Shown: positions 1 through 13,000 of the stretch, in pieces
Layout: each line of letters opens with the position of its first letter
How positions within the stretch are numbered: position 1 is the stretch's first letter
From: Octopus bimaculoides
Lineage: Eukaryota
Direction of reading: 5' to 3'
DNA length: 45,407 nt
Assembly: GCF_001194135.2 (NCBI RefSeq)
Contig: NC_068991.1
Coordinates: forward strand, 3,709,175 to 3,754,581
The notes under the pieces: generated by a model
The model's input: only the letters and a program-made list of their open reading frames with translations
What the model was told of the DNA's origin: nothing
Databases searched by the model: none
Translations under genes and position numbers: made by a program

Positions 1-83
1 ATTTTAGTGAGTTTTTAATCGGCCATTTTAAAAGTTATTTCTTTTACGAAATTTTTTTATTTCGTGTTATCATCCTCATCGCC

Positions 84-84
<1 letters not shown>

Positions 85-166
<82 letters not shown>

Positions 167-190
167 GTTTATAATAATAATTATTATTAG
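85..190. repeat. (CAT)n(TAT)n compound microsatellite
   Basis: Directly visible. Confidence 0.95.
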
Positions 191-734
191 TTTTATTAGC
201 ACACCGGGTAAAATGCTAAGCGTCATTTCGTCCGTTCTTAGGTTTCAAGTTCAAATCCCGCCGAGGTCGTTTTTGCCGTTCACCGTTTCGGGTTCGGTAA
301 AATAAGCACCTGTTGAACACAGGGGTCAATATAATCGACTTACTCCTTACCCCAAAATTGCTGGTTTTGTGCCAAAATTTGAAACCATAATTGTTGTTGT
401 TGCTGTTATGGCCAATGTTTTCTGTTATACATCAAGACCAACTTATACTACCGTAGTTGATGGTATATAAAATCCAGGCAGTGGATGCAAACCTGAAGCC
501 TAGCCACTTGTATTCAAGCTGCCTCTGTTGTTGACTTCTAGAGACATGTGTTAAACGAAAGAGAAGTGTCTTAAAGAAATCACCCTGGGCCCTATATGCT
601 AATTTGCTTTAAATATTCATCTTTAATTAGCTATTATCCTTGAATATGCGCTGCTGAAATTCGGATGTGCATAATCAGACTGTGCCTCAGCTATGCCCCC
701 AAATTTCGTAAATTTGAGGAAATGGGCAGATTTG

Positions 735-1030
735 ATGACAATGATGATGATGATGATGATGATGACGATGATGACGAAGACGATGCTGCTGTTGCTGCTG
801 CCGACGACGACGACGACGATGACTGGTGATGATTGAAATGGCGGTACTGGTGCTGATGAGGATAATGGAGAAGACTGTGGTGGTGGACATAGTGATGGTG
901 GTGGTGGTGGTGATGGTGATGGTGGTAGTGGTTGCTGTTGGCGTGTGGCTGTTGTTGCTGTTAATGTTGTCGTCGTCGATAGTGATGGTGGGGGTGGGGG
1001 TGGGGGTGATGTTGGTAATCGTGATGATTG
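735..1030. repeat. Compound trinucleotide low-complexity tract (GAT/GAC/GCT/GTG)
   Basis: Directly visible; source of ORFs 623..1109. Confidence 0.9.
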
Positions 1031-1540
1031 AGTTAAAGTGAGAAAGAAGACGATATTTTTTCTTTTTAGTATTAAAATGAACAAAGGGGAAATAACTCAA
1101 ATAGAACAATAGTAAGAATTTAGATAAATAAATTCAACGGTTATGTACTCAATGCCGTGTGTAAAAAGTAAAAAAAAAGAAAAGAAACANNNNNNNNNNN
1201 NNNNNNNNNNNNNNNNNNNNNNNNNNNNNNNNNNNNNNNNNNNNNNNNNNNNNNNNNNNNNNNNNNNNNNNNNNNNNNNNNNNNNNNNNNNNNNNNNNNN
1301 NNNNNNNNNNNNNNNNNNNNNNNNNNNNNNNNNNNNNNNNNNNNNNNNNNNNNNNNNNNNNNNNNNNNNNNNNNNNNNNNNNNNNNNNNNNNNNNNNNNN
1401 NNNNNNNNNNNNNNNNNNNNNNNNNNNNNNNNNNNNNNNNNNNNNNNNNNNNNNNNNNNNNNNNNNNNNNNNNNNNNNNNNNNNNNNNNNNNNNNNNNNN
1501 NNNNNNNNNNNNNNNNNNNNNNNNNNNNNNNNNNNNNNNN

Positions 1541-1541
1541 N

Positions 1542-1581
<40 letters not shown>

Positions 1582-1588
1582 ATAGAGG

Positions 1589-1626
<38 letters not shown>

Positions 1627-1691
1627 TAGATAGATAGATAGATAGGTAGGTAGGTAGGTAGGTAGGTAGATAAACAAATAAACATGTAGGT

Positions 1692-1725
<34 letters not shown>

Positions 1726-1820
1726 GAAGAAAGAAAGAAAGGAAGAAAGAAAGAAAGGAAGAAAGAAAGAAAGAAAGAAAGAAAGATAACAACTTTAAAA
1801 AGAAAGAGAGAGAGAGAACC
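1541..1820. repeat. (GA)n/(GATA)n/(GACA)n/(GGTA)n/(GAAA)n compound microsatellite
   Basis: Directly visible, abutting a gap. Confidence 0.95.
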
Positions 1821-2631
1821 CAAATGTCAGTCTGTGCTTCTGATGTGAGAATCTCTATCCTGTTTTTTATTCTCTGTTTTTGTTTTGTTTTGTTGTTTTT
1901 TTTACTGTTTCCATGTTGTGTTATCAACTGGATGTCATCTCTTGTTACCTGTGTACCGTTATCACCACCAAAAAAAACAGCGCCACCTCTACCACAACCA
2001 CCATCAACACCACCTCCATCACAATCACCAATACCACCACCAGCACCACAACGGCCAACAGCATCATCACTACTATTGCATCATAACCACCGCTGATTTA
2101 CTAACATATCTTCTTACGTCATCATTTCTTGTTTACACGTGTGATTAATACAAAGGGCGGTGACAGCGTGAGGTTGTTTGGAAATTTGAATTTGTAATCA
2201 AGGAATACGAAAAATATACAAAGCGTTAACACATATAAATATACATACATATCCTTTTCTACTCTAGGCACAGGCCCGAAATCTTCGGGGAGGGAACCAT
2301 TCAATTACATTGACCCAGTACACAACTGGTACCTAGTTTATCAACCCCGAAAAGATAAAAGGCAAAGTCGACCTCAGAACGTAAAGACAGACGAATTACC
2401 GCGAAGTATTTCGCTCAACTGCTAACGTTTCTGCCAGCACGCCGCCTTAATATACATATTTACAAATGAGCTACTTATAGTTTCATGCTTTAAGATTCCT
2501 TAAATTGACAGATTTATATAACATGTAATGTATCTCTAAATAATCTTTGAGGCTCAGTTTATGACGTAAACTATATGTGTATATATATATATATATGTAT
2601 ATATATAAACCATTCCCACTGAAAGCATATA

Positions 2632-2662
<31 letters not shown>

Positions 2663-3658
2663 CAGATTCTAATGTTTATTGTTGTAACACTTTCTAGTTT
2701 GGGGTAATCATATAGTACTGTTTCATCATTTTGACGAATCTTCAGTATGAAACTAAACTAGTAGACTTTTTAATTAGATATAAATCATGAAGAAAGACAT
2801 TAGAGTATAAAATTGAAGCTGAAGTTAATTAAAGTCTGGAATGTTAAATAAAGTTCAGAAATTCATGGAATGCATTCTTTCTTTCTCCTCCATTAAAAAC
2901 ACTTTTAATAGCATACCATTTTACCCCTCCTCCACAAAGTTTTTTTTATATATAATAAACTAATAATCTGATGTCGCTTCGAACTAATTCGCTTCCCTTA
3001 ATTTCTTCTACAGACTCTCTGGTTTCTCGTGTTACATATTAAAAGATTACATCAACTTAGCCATTGCCTTTTACATCTGAAGATGTTAAACATTTCATAA
3101 ACTGAATCAGATAAGTTTTTTTTTATCTCTTTTGATCTACGGTTTTCTTCTTTTTATACTTCTTCAATTCCTTGTCGTGGAAAGTAGGAAGCTGTAACTG
3201 TCAGACCATTTCATACAGATATCAATCGTGCAAGCGATGGAGAACATCGTTTTTTTCAAAGAATTATTCTTGTATGGCTCAAGGCGCTGAGCTGGTAGAA
3301 TCGTTAACACACCAGACAAAATACTCAGCAATATTTCTTCCGGGTTTTTACGTTCTGAGTTCAAATACCACCGAGGTCGACTTTGCCTTTCATCTTTTTC
3401 GGAGTCGACGAAATAAGCAACGAACAAATTACAGAAGTCGATGTCATCGAACTAACACCTTCCGCTAAAATTTCGGGCCTTGTGCCTTTGGCAGAAAAGG
3501 ATTGTTATTTGAAAGGCTTAGCCAGAAAAGGAAGAGGAGCAGAGGAGGAGGGTGAAGAGGGATGTAGATGGAGTGAAGGGGGAGGAGAAGGAGGAGGAGG
3601 AGTGAATAAGGAGCGAAAGTGAAGAGAGAGAATGGATGAATAGGGAGGAGAAGGAGGA

Positions 3659-3696
<38 letters not shown>

Positions 3697-3698
3697 GC

Positions 3699-3854
3699 CA
3701 ACCAAGTGTGGCGTCCTATAAAGGACAGTGCTACTGGCACTTATAGCACAGGAAGACATCTCCTCCAGCTGGCTAAAGACACACATTATGTCAAACTAAT
3801 CGGACACAGAATGTGTGTCGTTAGCCAGCTGGAGGAAATCTCTTCTTGGGGCTA
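3699..3854. mobile_element. Foldback (palindromic) repeat element truncated by a gap
   Basis: Arms about 3744-3787 and 3810-3854 are inverted; second partial copy at 11666-11765. Confidence 0.75.
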
Positions 3855-4889
3855 NNNNNNNNNNNNNNNNNNNNNNNNNNNNNNNNNNNNNNNNNNNNNN
3901 NNNNNNNNNNNNNNNNNNNNNNNNNNNNNNNNNNNNNNNNNNNNNNNNNNNNNNNNNNNNNNNNNNNNNNNNNNNNNNNNNNNNNNNNNNNNNNNNNNNN
4001 NNNNNNNNNNNNNNNNNNNNNNNNNNNNNNNNNNNNNNNNNNNNNNNNNNNNNNNNNNNNNNNNNNNNNNNNNNNNNNNNNNNNNNNNNNNNNNNNNNNN
4101 NNNNNNNNNNNNNNNNNNNNNNNNNNNNNNNNNNNNNNNNNNNNNNNNNNNNNNNNNNNNNNNNNNNNNNNNNNNNNNNNNNNNNNNNNNNNNNNNNNNN
4201 NNNNNNNNNNNNNNNNNNNNNNNATATATGTGTGTGTGTGTGCATGTATTTGTGTGTCTGTGTTTGTTCCCCCACCGTCACTTGACAACCGATGGCTGTG
4301 GGTTTACGTCCCCGTAACTTGGTGGTTCGGCAAAAGACACCGATAGAATAAGTAGTAGGCTTACAAAGAATAAGTCCTGGGGTCGATTTGATTCGACTAA
4401 AGGCGGTGCTCCAGCATGGTCGCAATCAAATGACTGAAACAAGTAAAAGAATAAAAGAGTATATTTATATATATTCGAATTCGTCTATATTTGTCTTGGA
4501 CTGCTTTCATCGGTGAGTGTAATTTGAACAGATGTTTACCTTTGCATTCGTATGAACAGGGTGTGACGATTGTGTCAGTCGGTGCACATGCGCGTGTGCC
4601 TGCGGGTGGGTGTGCACGTGCACGATTGTACATTCACACGTACATGTACAAGTGGATGCATTCGTGGCAACCCATCTTTGTATGTATGTCTGCATTCAAC
4701 CCTATGCTCTCCGCGACATCTTTGGTTTGTTTAATGTGTCGAGTAAATAAGTTCCTTCGTTGTTTATCTCGAACTCATCAATGACATACCTTCGCTCTTC
4801 AAGGTTTGCCTTGAGTTTGTGTCCAAGTTTCCTACATACCGCAAGGAACGAGTTTAATCAAGCTCAAGGCATTTGACAAGCGGCTCCAC

Positions 4890-4925
4890 GTCACTGACGA
4901 AGTCTAAGGCCGAAACGTGTCTGAC
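4890..4925 (+). ncRNA. Minimal type I hammerhead ribozyme motif (Penelope-like)
   Basis: gtca-CTGACGA-agtctaaggcc-GAAAC-gt-GTC-tgac: intact core, 4-bp stem I (gtca/tgac), GUC cleavage triplet. Confidence 0.65.
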
Positions 4926-5994
4926 TTTCGCATGGGACACTTCTGGGACGATATTCACCCCACTCTGTTATACATTTACGGCGGTAAATAACACAATTTA
5001 TCTATAAAGAGATTTTCTCTCAGACACAAACCAGAGGTTTATGCCTCTTAGCGATGTATATAAGTCAAGTATGATATATAGATGACTATTTGTTTTTCTT
5101 TTACTTTTAGCCCGTGATATTTGGTGAATGAGGGAGTTTGATTTTGCTGCCCTCATCTGTGTTTCCTGCAGCGAACGCGCGCATGTGTGCGTGTGTGTAT
5201 GNNNNNNNNNNNNNNNNNNNNNNNNNNNNNNNNNNNNNNNNNNNNNNNNNNNNNNNNNNNNNNNNNNNNNNNNNNNNNNNNNNNNNNNNNNNNNNNNNNN
5301 NNNNNNNNNNNNNNNNNNNNNNNNNNNNNNNNNNNNNNNNNNNNNNNNNNNNNNNNNNNNNNNNNNNNNNNNNNNNNNNNNNNNNNNNNNNNNNNNNNNN
5401 NNNNNNNNNNNNNNNNNNNNNNNNNNNNNNNNNNNNNNNNNNNNNNNNNNNNNNNNNNNNNNNNNNNNNNNNNNNNNNNNNNNNNNNNNNNNNNNNNNNN
5501 NNNNNNNNNNNNNNNNNNNNNNNNNNNNNNNNNNNNNNNNNNNNNNNNNNNNNNNNNNNNNNNNNNNNNNNNNNNNNNNNNNNNNNNNNNNNNNNNNNNN
5601 NNNNNNNNNNNNNNNNNNNNNNNNNNNNNNNNNNNNNNNNNNNNNNNNNNNNNNNNNNNNNNNNNNNNNNNNNNNNNNNNNNNNNNNNNNNNNNNNNNNN
5701 NNNNNNNNNNNNNNNNNNNNNNNNNNNNNNNNNNNNNNNNNNNNNNNNNNNNNNNNNNNNNNNNNNNNNNNNNNNNNNNNNNNNNNNNNNNNNNNNNNNN
5801 NNNNNNNNNNNNNNNNNNNNNNNNNNNNNNNNNNNNNNNNNNNNNNNNNNNNNNNNNNNNNNNNNNNNNNNNNNNNNNNNNNNNNNNNNNNNNNNNNNNN
5901 NNNNNNNNNNNNNNNNNNNNNNNNNNNNNNNNNNNNNNNNNNNNNNNNNNNNNNNNNNNNNNNNNNNNNNNNNNNNNNNNNNNNNNNNNNNNNN

Positions 5995-6036
<42 letters not shown>

Positions 6037-6418
6037 AGCACGCCCTGTTGATGACTAACACTATGAAACTGTGTTAAGATGTACAGGTATTTCAGGTGTA
6101 ATTCGATCCCCTGACAGCAAGCATCAAGTGTAAATTTATCGATGGCAATGTCATGGAACAGGTAAAAATCTTGTCTAGGTGTGTGAGTATTTTTGTGTGT
6201 ACGTATGTACGTGTATATAATATTTTTATGTGTGCTGCATTTGTATGTGTGTGTGTTTGTATACAATGTAAGTGTGTATGAGTGTATGTCGTATATTATG
6301 TGTGTGCGTGTTTATATATAATGTGTGTATGCGCGGTTTATACGTAAAGTGAGTATATGAGTGTTTGCATTTGACGGCTGTGCGTTGACGGACACACACA
6401 CACACACACACAGACACA

Positions 6419-6452
<34 letters not shown>

Positions 6453-8483
6453 NNNNNNNNNNNNNNNNNNNNNNNNNNNNNNNNNNNNNNNNNNNNNNNN
6501 NNNNNNNNNNNNNNNNNNNNNNNNNNNNNNNNNNNNNNNNNNNNNNNNNNNNNNNNNNNNNNNNNNNNNNNNNNNNNNNNNNNNNNNNNNNNNNNNNNNN
6601 NNNNNNNNNNNNNNNNNNNNNNNNNNNNNNNNNNNNNNNNNNNNNNNNNNNNNNNNNNNNNNNNNNNNNNNNNNNNNNNNNNNNNNNNNNNNNNNNNNNN
6701 NNNNNNNNNNNNNNNNNNNNNNNNNNNNNNNNNNNNNNNNNNNNNNNNNNNNNNNNNNNNNNNNNNNNNNNNNNNNNNNNNNNNNNNNNNNNNNNNNNNN
6801 NNNNNNNNNNNNNNNNNNNNNNNNNNNNNNNNNNNNNNNNNNNNNNNNNNNNNNNNNNNNNNNNNNNNNNNNNNNNNNNNNNNNNNNNNNNNNNNNNNNN
6901 NNNNNNNNNNNNNNNNNNNNNNNNNNNNNNNNNNNNNNNNNNNNNNNNNNNNNNNNNNNNNNNNNNNNNNNNNNNNNNNNNNNNNNNNNNNNNNNNNNNN
7001 NNNNNNNNNNNNNNNNNNNNNNNNNNNNNNNNNNNNNNNNNNNNNNNNNNNNNNNNNNNNNNNNNNNNNNNNNNNNNNNNNNNNNNNNNNNNNNNNNNNN
7101 NNNNNNNNNNNNNNNNNNNNNNNNNNNNNNNNNNNNNNNNNNNNNNNNNNNNNNNNNNNNNNNNNNNNNNNNNNNNNNNNNNNNNNNNNNNNNNNNNNNN
7201 NNNNNNNNNNNNNNNNNNNNNNNNNNNNNNNNNNNNNNNNNNNNNNNNNNNNNNNNNNNNNNNNNNNNTGGTATATTTACGTCTCTGTAACTTAGCGGTT
7301 CGGCAAAAGAGAACCGATAGAATAAGTACTAGGCTTGCAAAAAATGAGTCCTGGGGTCGATCTGTTCGACTAAAGGCGATGCTCCAGCATGGCCGCAGTC
7401 AAATGGCTGAAATAAATAAAAGAATAAAAGAATAAAAGAATATATACACACACTTATACATAGACATACGTAGGTCCCTGTTTGTGTGTGTGTGTGTGTG
7501 TGTGTGTCTATACTAAACAACCTTGAACTATTTATTAATAAATACGCAAAATGGAAAGTAATTAAAAGATCAAGTTACATTATCTTTCTGTATATATAAA
7601 TACATACATACATACATACATACATACATAGAGATATGATACACACATACACACACAAATATATGCATCCATCCGTTTCTCTCTCTCTTATTTGTCATCC
7701 CATCTGCTGACATGAAAGTCCGATGGCGATAGAAGAGTGATGACGTATGCAGACCTAATCAGTTGGAAGCGCACAGCAGGTTCAAACTTTCGTCTGTCAC
7801 CCAGGCTTTAAACTCTAGTCATCTGAAGGGTCACGGACGCAAAGTCAAAAATTCCATTGACAACGAGGAGTGTACGCATGTACGTATGTATGTATGTATG
7901 TATGTATGTATGTATGTATGTATGTACATTTGCATGCATGTATGTATGTATGTGTGTGCATATATATATGCATATATATATGCATATATATATGCATATA
8001 TATATGCATATATATATGCATATATNNNNNNNNNNNNNNNNNNNNNNNNNNNNNNNNNNNNNNNNNNNNNNNNNNNNNNNNNNNNNNNNNNNNNNNNNNN
8101 NNNNNNNNNNNNNNNNNNNNNNNNNNNNNNNNNNNNNNNNNNNNNNNNNNNNNNNNNNNNNNNNNNNNNNNNNNNNNNNNNNNNNNNNNNNNNNNNNNNN
8201 NNNNNNNNNNNNNNNNNNNNNNNNNNNNNNNNNNNNNNNNNNNNNNNNNNNNNNNNNNNNNNNNNNNNNNNNNNNNNNNNNNNNNNNNNNNNNNNNNNNN
8301 NNNNNNNNNNNNNNNNNNNNNNNNNNNNNNNNNNNNNNNNNNNNNNNNTGTATATATATGTATGTATATATATGTCTATAATGAGAATCTACAAGAAAAA
8401 CAAAAACAAAACAGCAGAAGACGAAGACGAGTGTGTAAACAACAAACAGATGTATTAGTTTAACGCTCAAGAAGTGAAAAAGT

Positions 8484-8519
8484 CTTTTACGTTTCAAGCC
8501 TACGCACTTCGACAGAAAG
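8484..8519 (-). ncRNA. Minimal hammerhead motif, second copy of the same repeat, variant core
   Basis: Reverse complement cttt-CTGTCGA-agtgcgtaggctt-GAAAC-GTA-aaag. Confidence 0.5.
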
Positions 8520-9757
8520 GAACACAGAAATAAACATGGAGTCAAAATAGAAAAAGGTTCAGTGGCTAGCGATCTATCATGGCGAATACCGGACAGAGGG
8601 GTCACAGGCAAACCAAAGCATATATATTTATATTTGGGGCAGCTGAGGATGGAGGTGTATTGCATTGCTGATATGGTTGTTATTGTATGTGCGGAATAGT
8701 TTTATACGACATCCATTTCTAAAACATCCATATATATACATATATATATATGCATGTATGTATATATACATACCACGAAATTTTGTCAGTGAACAGGTCA
8801 CGCTTTCAAAGCGACAAAAATATTTTGACACAAATTAAATTTAAATGTTGAAGTGCATCTAAAGGTTTGTGTGTTTTTTAACTGGCTTATAACACACCTC
8901 AACACCTCATATATCCATCTGCTATGTTTCTGCCTTTAGGCTTTCACTTCATGCATGCCAACTCAGTTTGATTCGTTCTCAGTCGAAAGACACCTGTTGT
9001 AATATTCGTGTTGTTTGTCTTTGTAATTGTGCACCATGTTCTCCGTTTTTGTGTTTGTTGCCGGACACATTCTCTAGCTTTCTTACAAAAACACCTAATG
9101 CTCTTAGCTTAGACTTTTTGGTGGGGCAACCAGATCGAACAGTCTCAAGTGTAACTGCCGGAAACTGTAAGGACATCTGGTAACTTGACTGAAGAAAGAA
9201 AGCCATGAATGACCCGTCCTTTTTTCTTCCCCTGTCCATCTAATTGTCGTTTCTCCTGTCCACCGTTGTCTCGTCTATCTGTCCGTATGTTTTATTGTCC
9301 TCTATTGCGTCTTTTTATATATACATACATGTATACATGTGTATACATATATATATACATGTATAGTTTTAAACGCACACATATTACTATATAAAGAGGC
9401 TGGTGCATGACGTCACACTTTTTCCCCTCCTTCCATTTTCGTTCTTTCTCTAAACATTTTTGTATATCTCTTTACTTCACTCCCTCTTCACCTTTTTTTC
9501 ATTTCCTCCCACTTCTTCCCTCTTACATCTTCGCTCTACACTCCCTCCCATCTCACCCCCTCTCTCTCCCTATCTCACTCTCGCACGCACGCTGTGAAAA
9601 GCAGTGATAAAATAATGTTTAAAAGGCAATGCGCTGTTATCTAATCATTTCGTGTTTCCTGAAATAAAATATACTTAATGATAGTTCATTATGTTACTAC
9701 CGTTCGTACGCATGTGGATGCTGCCTACGTACATCTGTGTGTGTGTATGTGTGTGTG

Positions 9758-9798
<41 letters not shown>

Positions 9799-10022
9799 AA
9801 GTATGTGGGGTGTGTGTGTGTGTGTTTGGAGTGAGTAGGTGAGTATGTATGCTTGAAGGTGACGACTGGCGTAATATGTGTATATAGGTGTAAATGCAGA
9901 TCTACATACACACATATATAGGGACACGCAAACGCACACATACACATATGTATATTCGTATAAATGCAAACATGCGTATTGCATACATATTATGTATATG
10001 TAAATACGCACTCTCACAAATA

Positions 10023-10065
<43 letters not shown>

Positions 10066-10334
10066 NNNNNNNNNNGATAGATAGATAGAAAGAGAGAGAG
10101 AGACAGACAGACACACAGATAGATAGATAGATAGATAGATAGACAGATAGACGTGACTTAAATTCGCCCAGCTGAAGAGCTGATGAGCGCACTTAATGTG
10201 TGACGCTCGAATAACGAAGGTGAGAAATGCTGGAATGTGTGTTCGTGCGTGAGTGCGCGTGTGTAGAAAAGAGGTTTATTCCACTCACGCAGGGAAAATA
10301 TAGGAAAGTTTTAAAACTAATTGTATTTTTTTTT

Positions 10335-10500
10335 CTGTAGTTTCAGCTCAGAGCTGCGGCCATGCTGATGCACCACCGTTAGAGCAACGTGAAATGGAGT
10401 GTTTTGCTCAAGAACACAATGCAACGCCCTGTCTAGGAATCGAACCCACGATCTCGCAATCGTGAGTGCAACACCGTAACCACTGAGCCATGCGCCTTCC
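10335..10500 (-). mobile_element. tRNA-derived SINE
   Basis: Minus strand has A box TGGCTCAGTGG and B box GGTTCGATTCC; homologous to 16705-16935. Confidence 0.88.
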
Positions 10501-11665
10501 AAGTTTTTTTAAACAAATTTATTAAATACTGGAATGTACCTGTCGGACCCAANNNNNNNNNNNNNNNNNNNNNNNNNNNNNNNNNNNNNNNNNNNNNNNN
10601 NNNNNNNNNNNNNNNNNNNNNNNNNNNNNNNNNNNNNNNNNNNNNNNNNNNNNNNNNNNNNNNNNNNNNNNNNNNNNNNNNNNNNNNNNNNNNNNNNNNN
10701 NNNNNNNNNNNNNNNNNNNNNNNNNNNNNNNNNNNNNNNNNNNNNNNNNNNNNNNNNNNNNNNNNNNNNNNNNNNNNNNNNNNNNNNNNNNNNNNNNNNN
10801 NNNNNNNNNNNNNNNNNNNNNNNNNNNNNNNNNNNNNNNNNNNNNNNNNNNNNNNNNNNNNNNNNNNNNNNNNNNNNNNNNNNNNNNNNNNNNNNNNNNN
10901 NNNNNNNNNNNNNNNNNNNNNNNNNNNNNNNNNNNNNNNNNNNNNNNNNNNNNNNNNNNNNNNNNNNNNNNNNNNNNNNNNNNNNNNNNNNNNNNNATAT
11001 ACACATATAAGTGGTTTCTGGTTGTGAGGGGAAGGGTTAATCGATACCGTCTACCGCAGTAGGTGACTGGTATTTTGTTTTATCGACTCCGAAAGAATTC
11101 TAGTCAAAGTTGACCTCAGCGGAATTTTAACTCAGAACGTAGCGGCAGACGAAATAGCGATAAGCACTTTGCCCGGCGTGCTAACGATTCTGCCAAGCTT
11201 TCGCTAAGTAATGCCATCCAACCATATTTTCCATGTTTTCAGCCAACAAGTCATACAACTGGGGGTTTGCCTACAAGAATGAAATGTCGGTCAGACGCCG
11301 ATTCGGTTTCTATTTTCGTTTAAAGTTGTTAGAATCTCTTCTGGTTTCCAGGAGTCTTGAGATTTGACAGAATTTCTTTAGGTAATTAAATGTGTTCGTG
11401 AGTGCAAGAAGAACCCCGTTTGGCTGTAAATGTTTGAAATGTAAAACCCAGGGAGCGATAAATGGGAATTTATCGGTCCCTTGACTTTTGAGCTTCAGGA
11501 TTACCTTATTGCTTTTCGGGTCCCCGCGAGAAGGAAAGTCCCACGGCCATCGTCGTCGTTATTGTTGCTCGTGTTGTTGTAGCTGTTGCTGCTGACGATG
11601 TTGTTGATGATGTTGTTGCTGTTGTTCTTGAAGATGATGATGATATTGTTGTAATATATAATTGG

Positions 11666-11765
11666 CAACCAAGTGTGGCGTCCTATAAAGGACAGGGCTA
11701 CTGACGTTTATAGCCCCAAGAAGACATTTCCTCCAGCTGGCCAACGACACACATTCTGTGTCCGA
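11666..11765. mobile_element. Single arm of the same foldback repeat, fused to a SINE tail
   Basis: caaccaagtgtggcgtcctataaaggacag is identical to 3699-3728; the rest matches the reverse complement of 3800-3854. Confidence 0.75.
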
Positions 11766-12404
11766 TCTAATCGACTGGACCCCCTCCCCACAATGTCGGC
11801 CTTGTGCCTAGAATAGAAAAGAATATAGTTACTACTTTATATTCCACCGAGGTCAACTTTACCATTCATCCTTTCGAGATCGATAAATTAAGTACCAGTT
11901 GTGAACTGGGCTCGATCTAATCGACTGGACCCCTCCCCCGCCAAAAAAATGTCAGGCCTTGTGCCGAGAGTAGAAAAGAATATTTTGTGTATTGAAGAAG
12001 AATAACCAATTTATTACAGTACAAAATTTTAACCACAAACTCTTAGATGGACCCTCGACGGATATATGAAGCCAGGATTTGAATCAATGATTTGGGCGCT
12101 GCTTTCTAGATAAGCCTATCGGATGATGAAGAGTGTTCGTGAAGAGAGAAGATATTGTTGTTATGCTTTCCACTTAAGCTCGGCGTTTAGAAACATATTG
12201 AATAAGTGAATGAGTTGGAGATATATTTACATATGTTAACAGATTCGTCTGCTTTTTCTGCCGAGCTGATATCGTTTGGAAGATAAAGAGTGATAAGAGA
12301 GCTGCGTGGTGTCTACCAAGTTTATCTAAACTACAACAATTTGTGCTCTTCTTGTAGAGACATTAAGGCCAGATTCTTTGAATGCCTCGGTCTTTATCGC
12401 TCTG

Positions 12405-12800
12405 TGTGTATGTATGTATGTATGTATGTATGTATGCATGAAGGTATGTATGTATAAACGTACAAACACACACACACACACACATATATACATGTATACA
12501 CACTCATATACGTACACACACGCACACTTGCGCACACACATATGCAAACACACATATATAGATAGATATTAGATAAATAGATATTGCTATGCACACACAC
12601 GCACACACACGCACACACACACACGCATTTATTAAAGGGCCAACGCACGAAACTCTCGGACCTTGAGTCACTCTGTTACTTCTGATAAATATTAATGAAA
12701 ATATACATCTGCTCATATTTTCAGTTCTATTTTACCTGTTTGCATCAACTTTTGTATACGCATGCACGGGCGCGCGCACAAAAATATATACATTTATGTG

Positions 12801-12846
<46 letters not shown>

Positions 12847-13000
12847 TACACACACATACATACATACGCACATACACACACACATACATACATGCATACA
12901 TACATGCATACACACATACATACATACACATACACACATACATACATACGTACATACATACATACATACATACACACACAAGCGTGCACACACACGCGCG
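12405..13000. repeat. (TATG)n/(CA)n/(CATA)n microsatellite-rich tracts
   Basis: Directly visible. Confidence 0.9.

Noticed and set aside
44-2148. Long low-complexity ORFs (poly-I/M/T/H, SFFL, VCMY)
   Set aside because: Translations of tri- and tetranucleotide microsatellites and N gaps; no coding evidence.
10430-10500. tRNA gene
   Set aside because: A/B boxes continue into a SINE body repeated at 16705; no clean cloverleaf.
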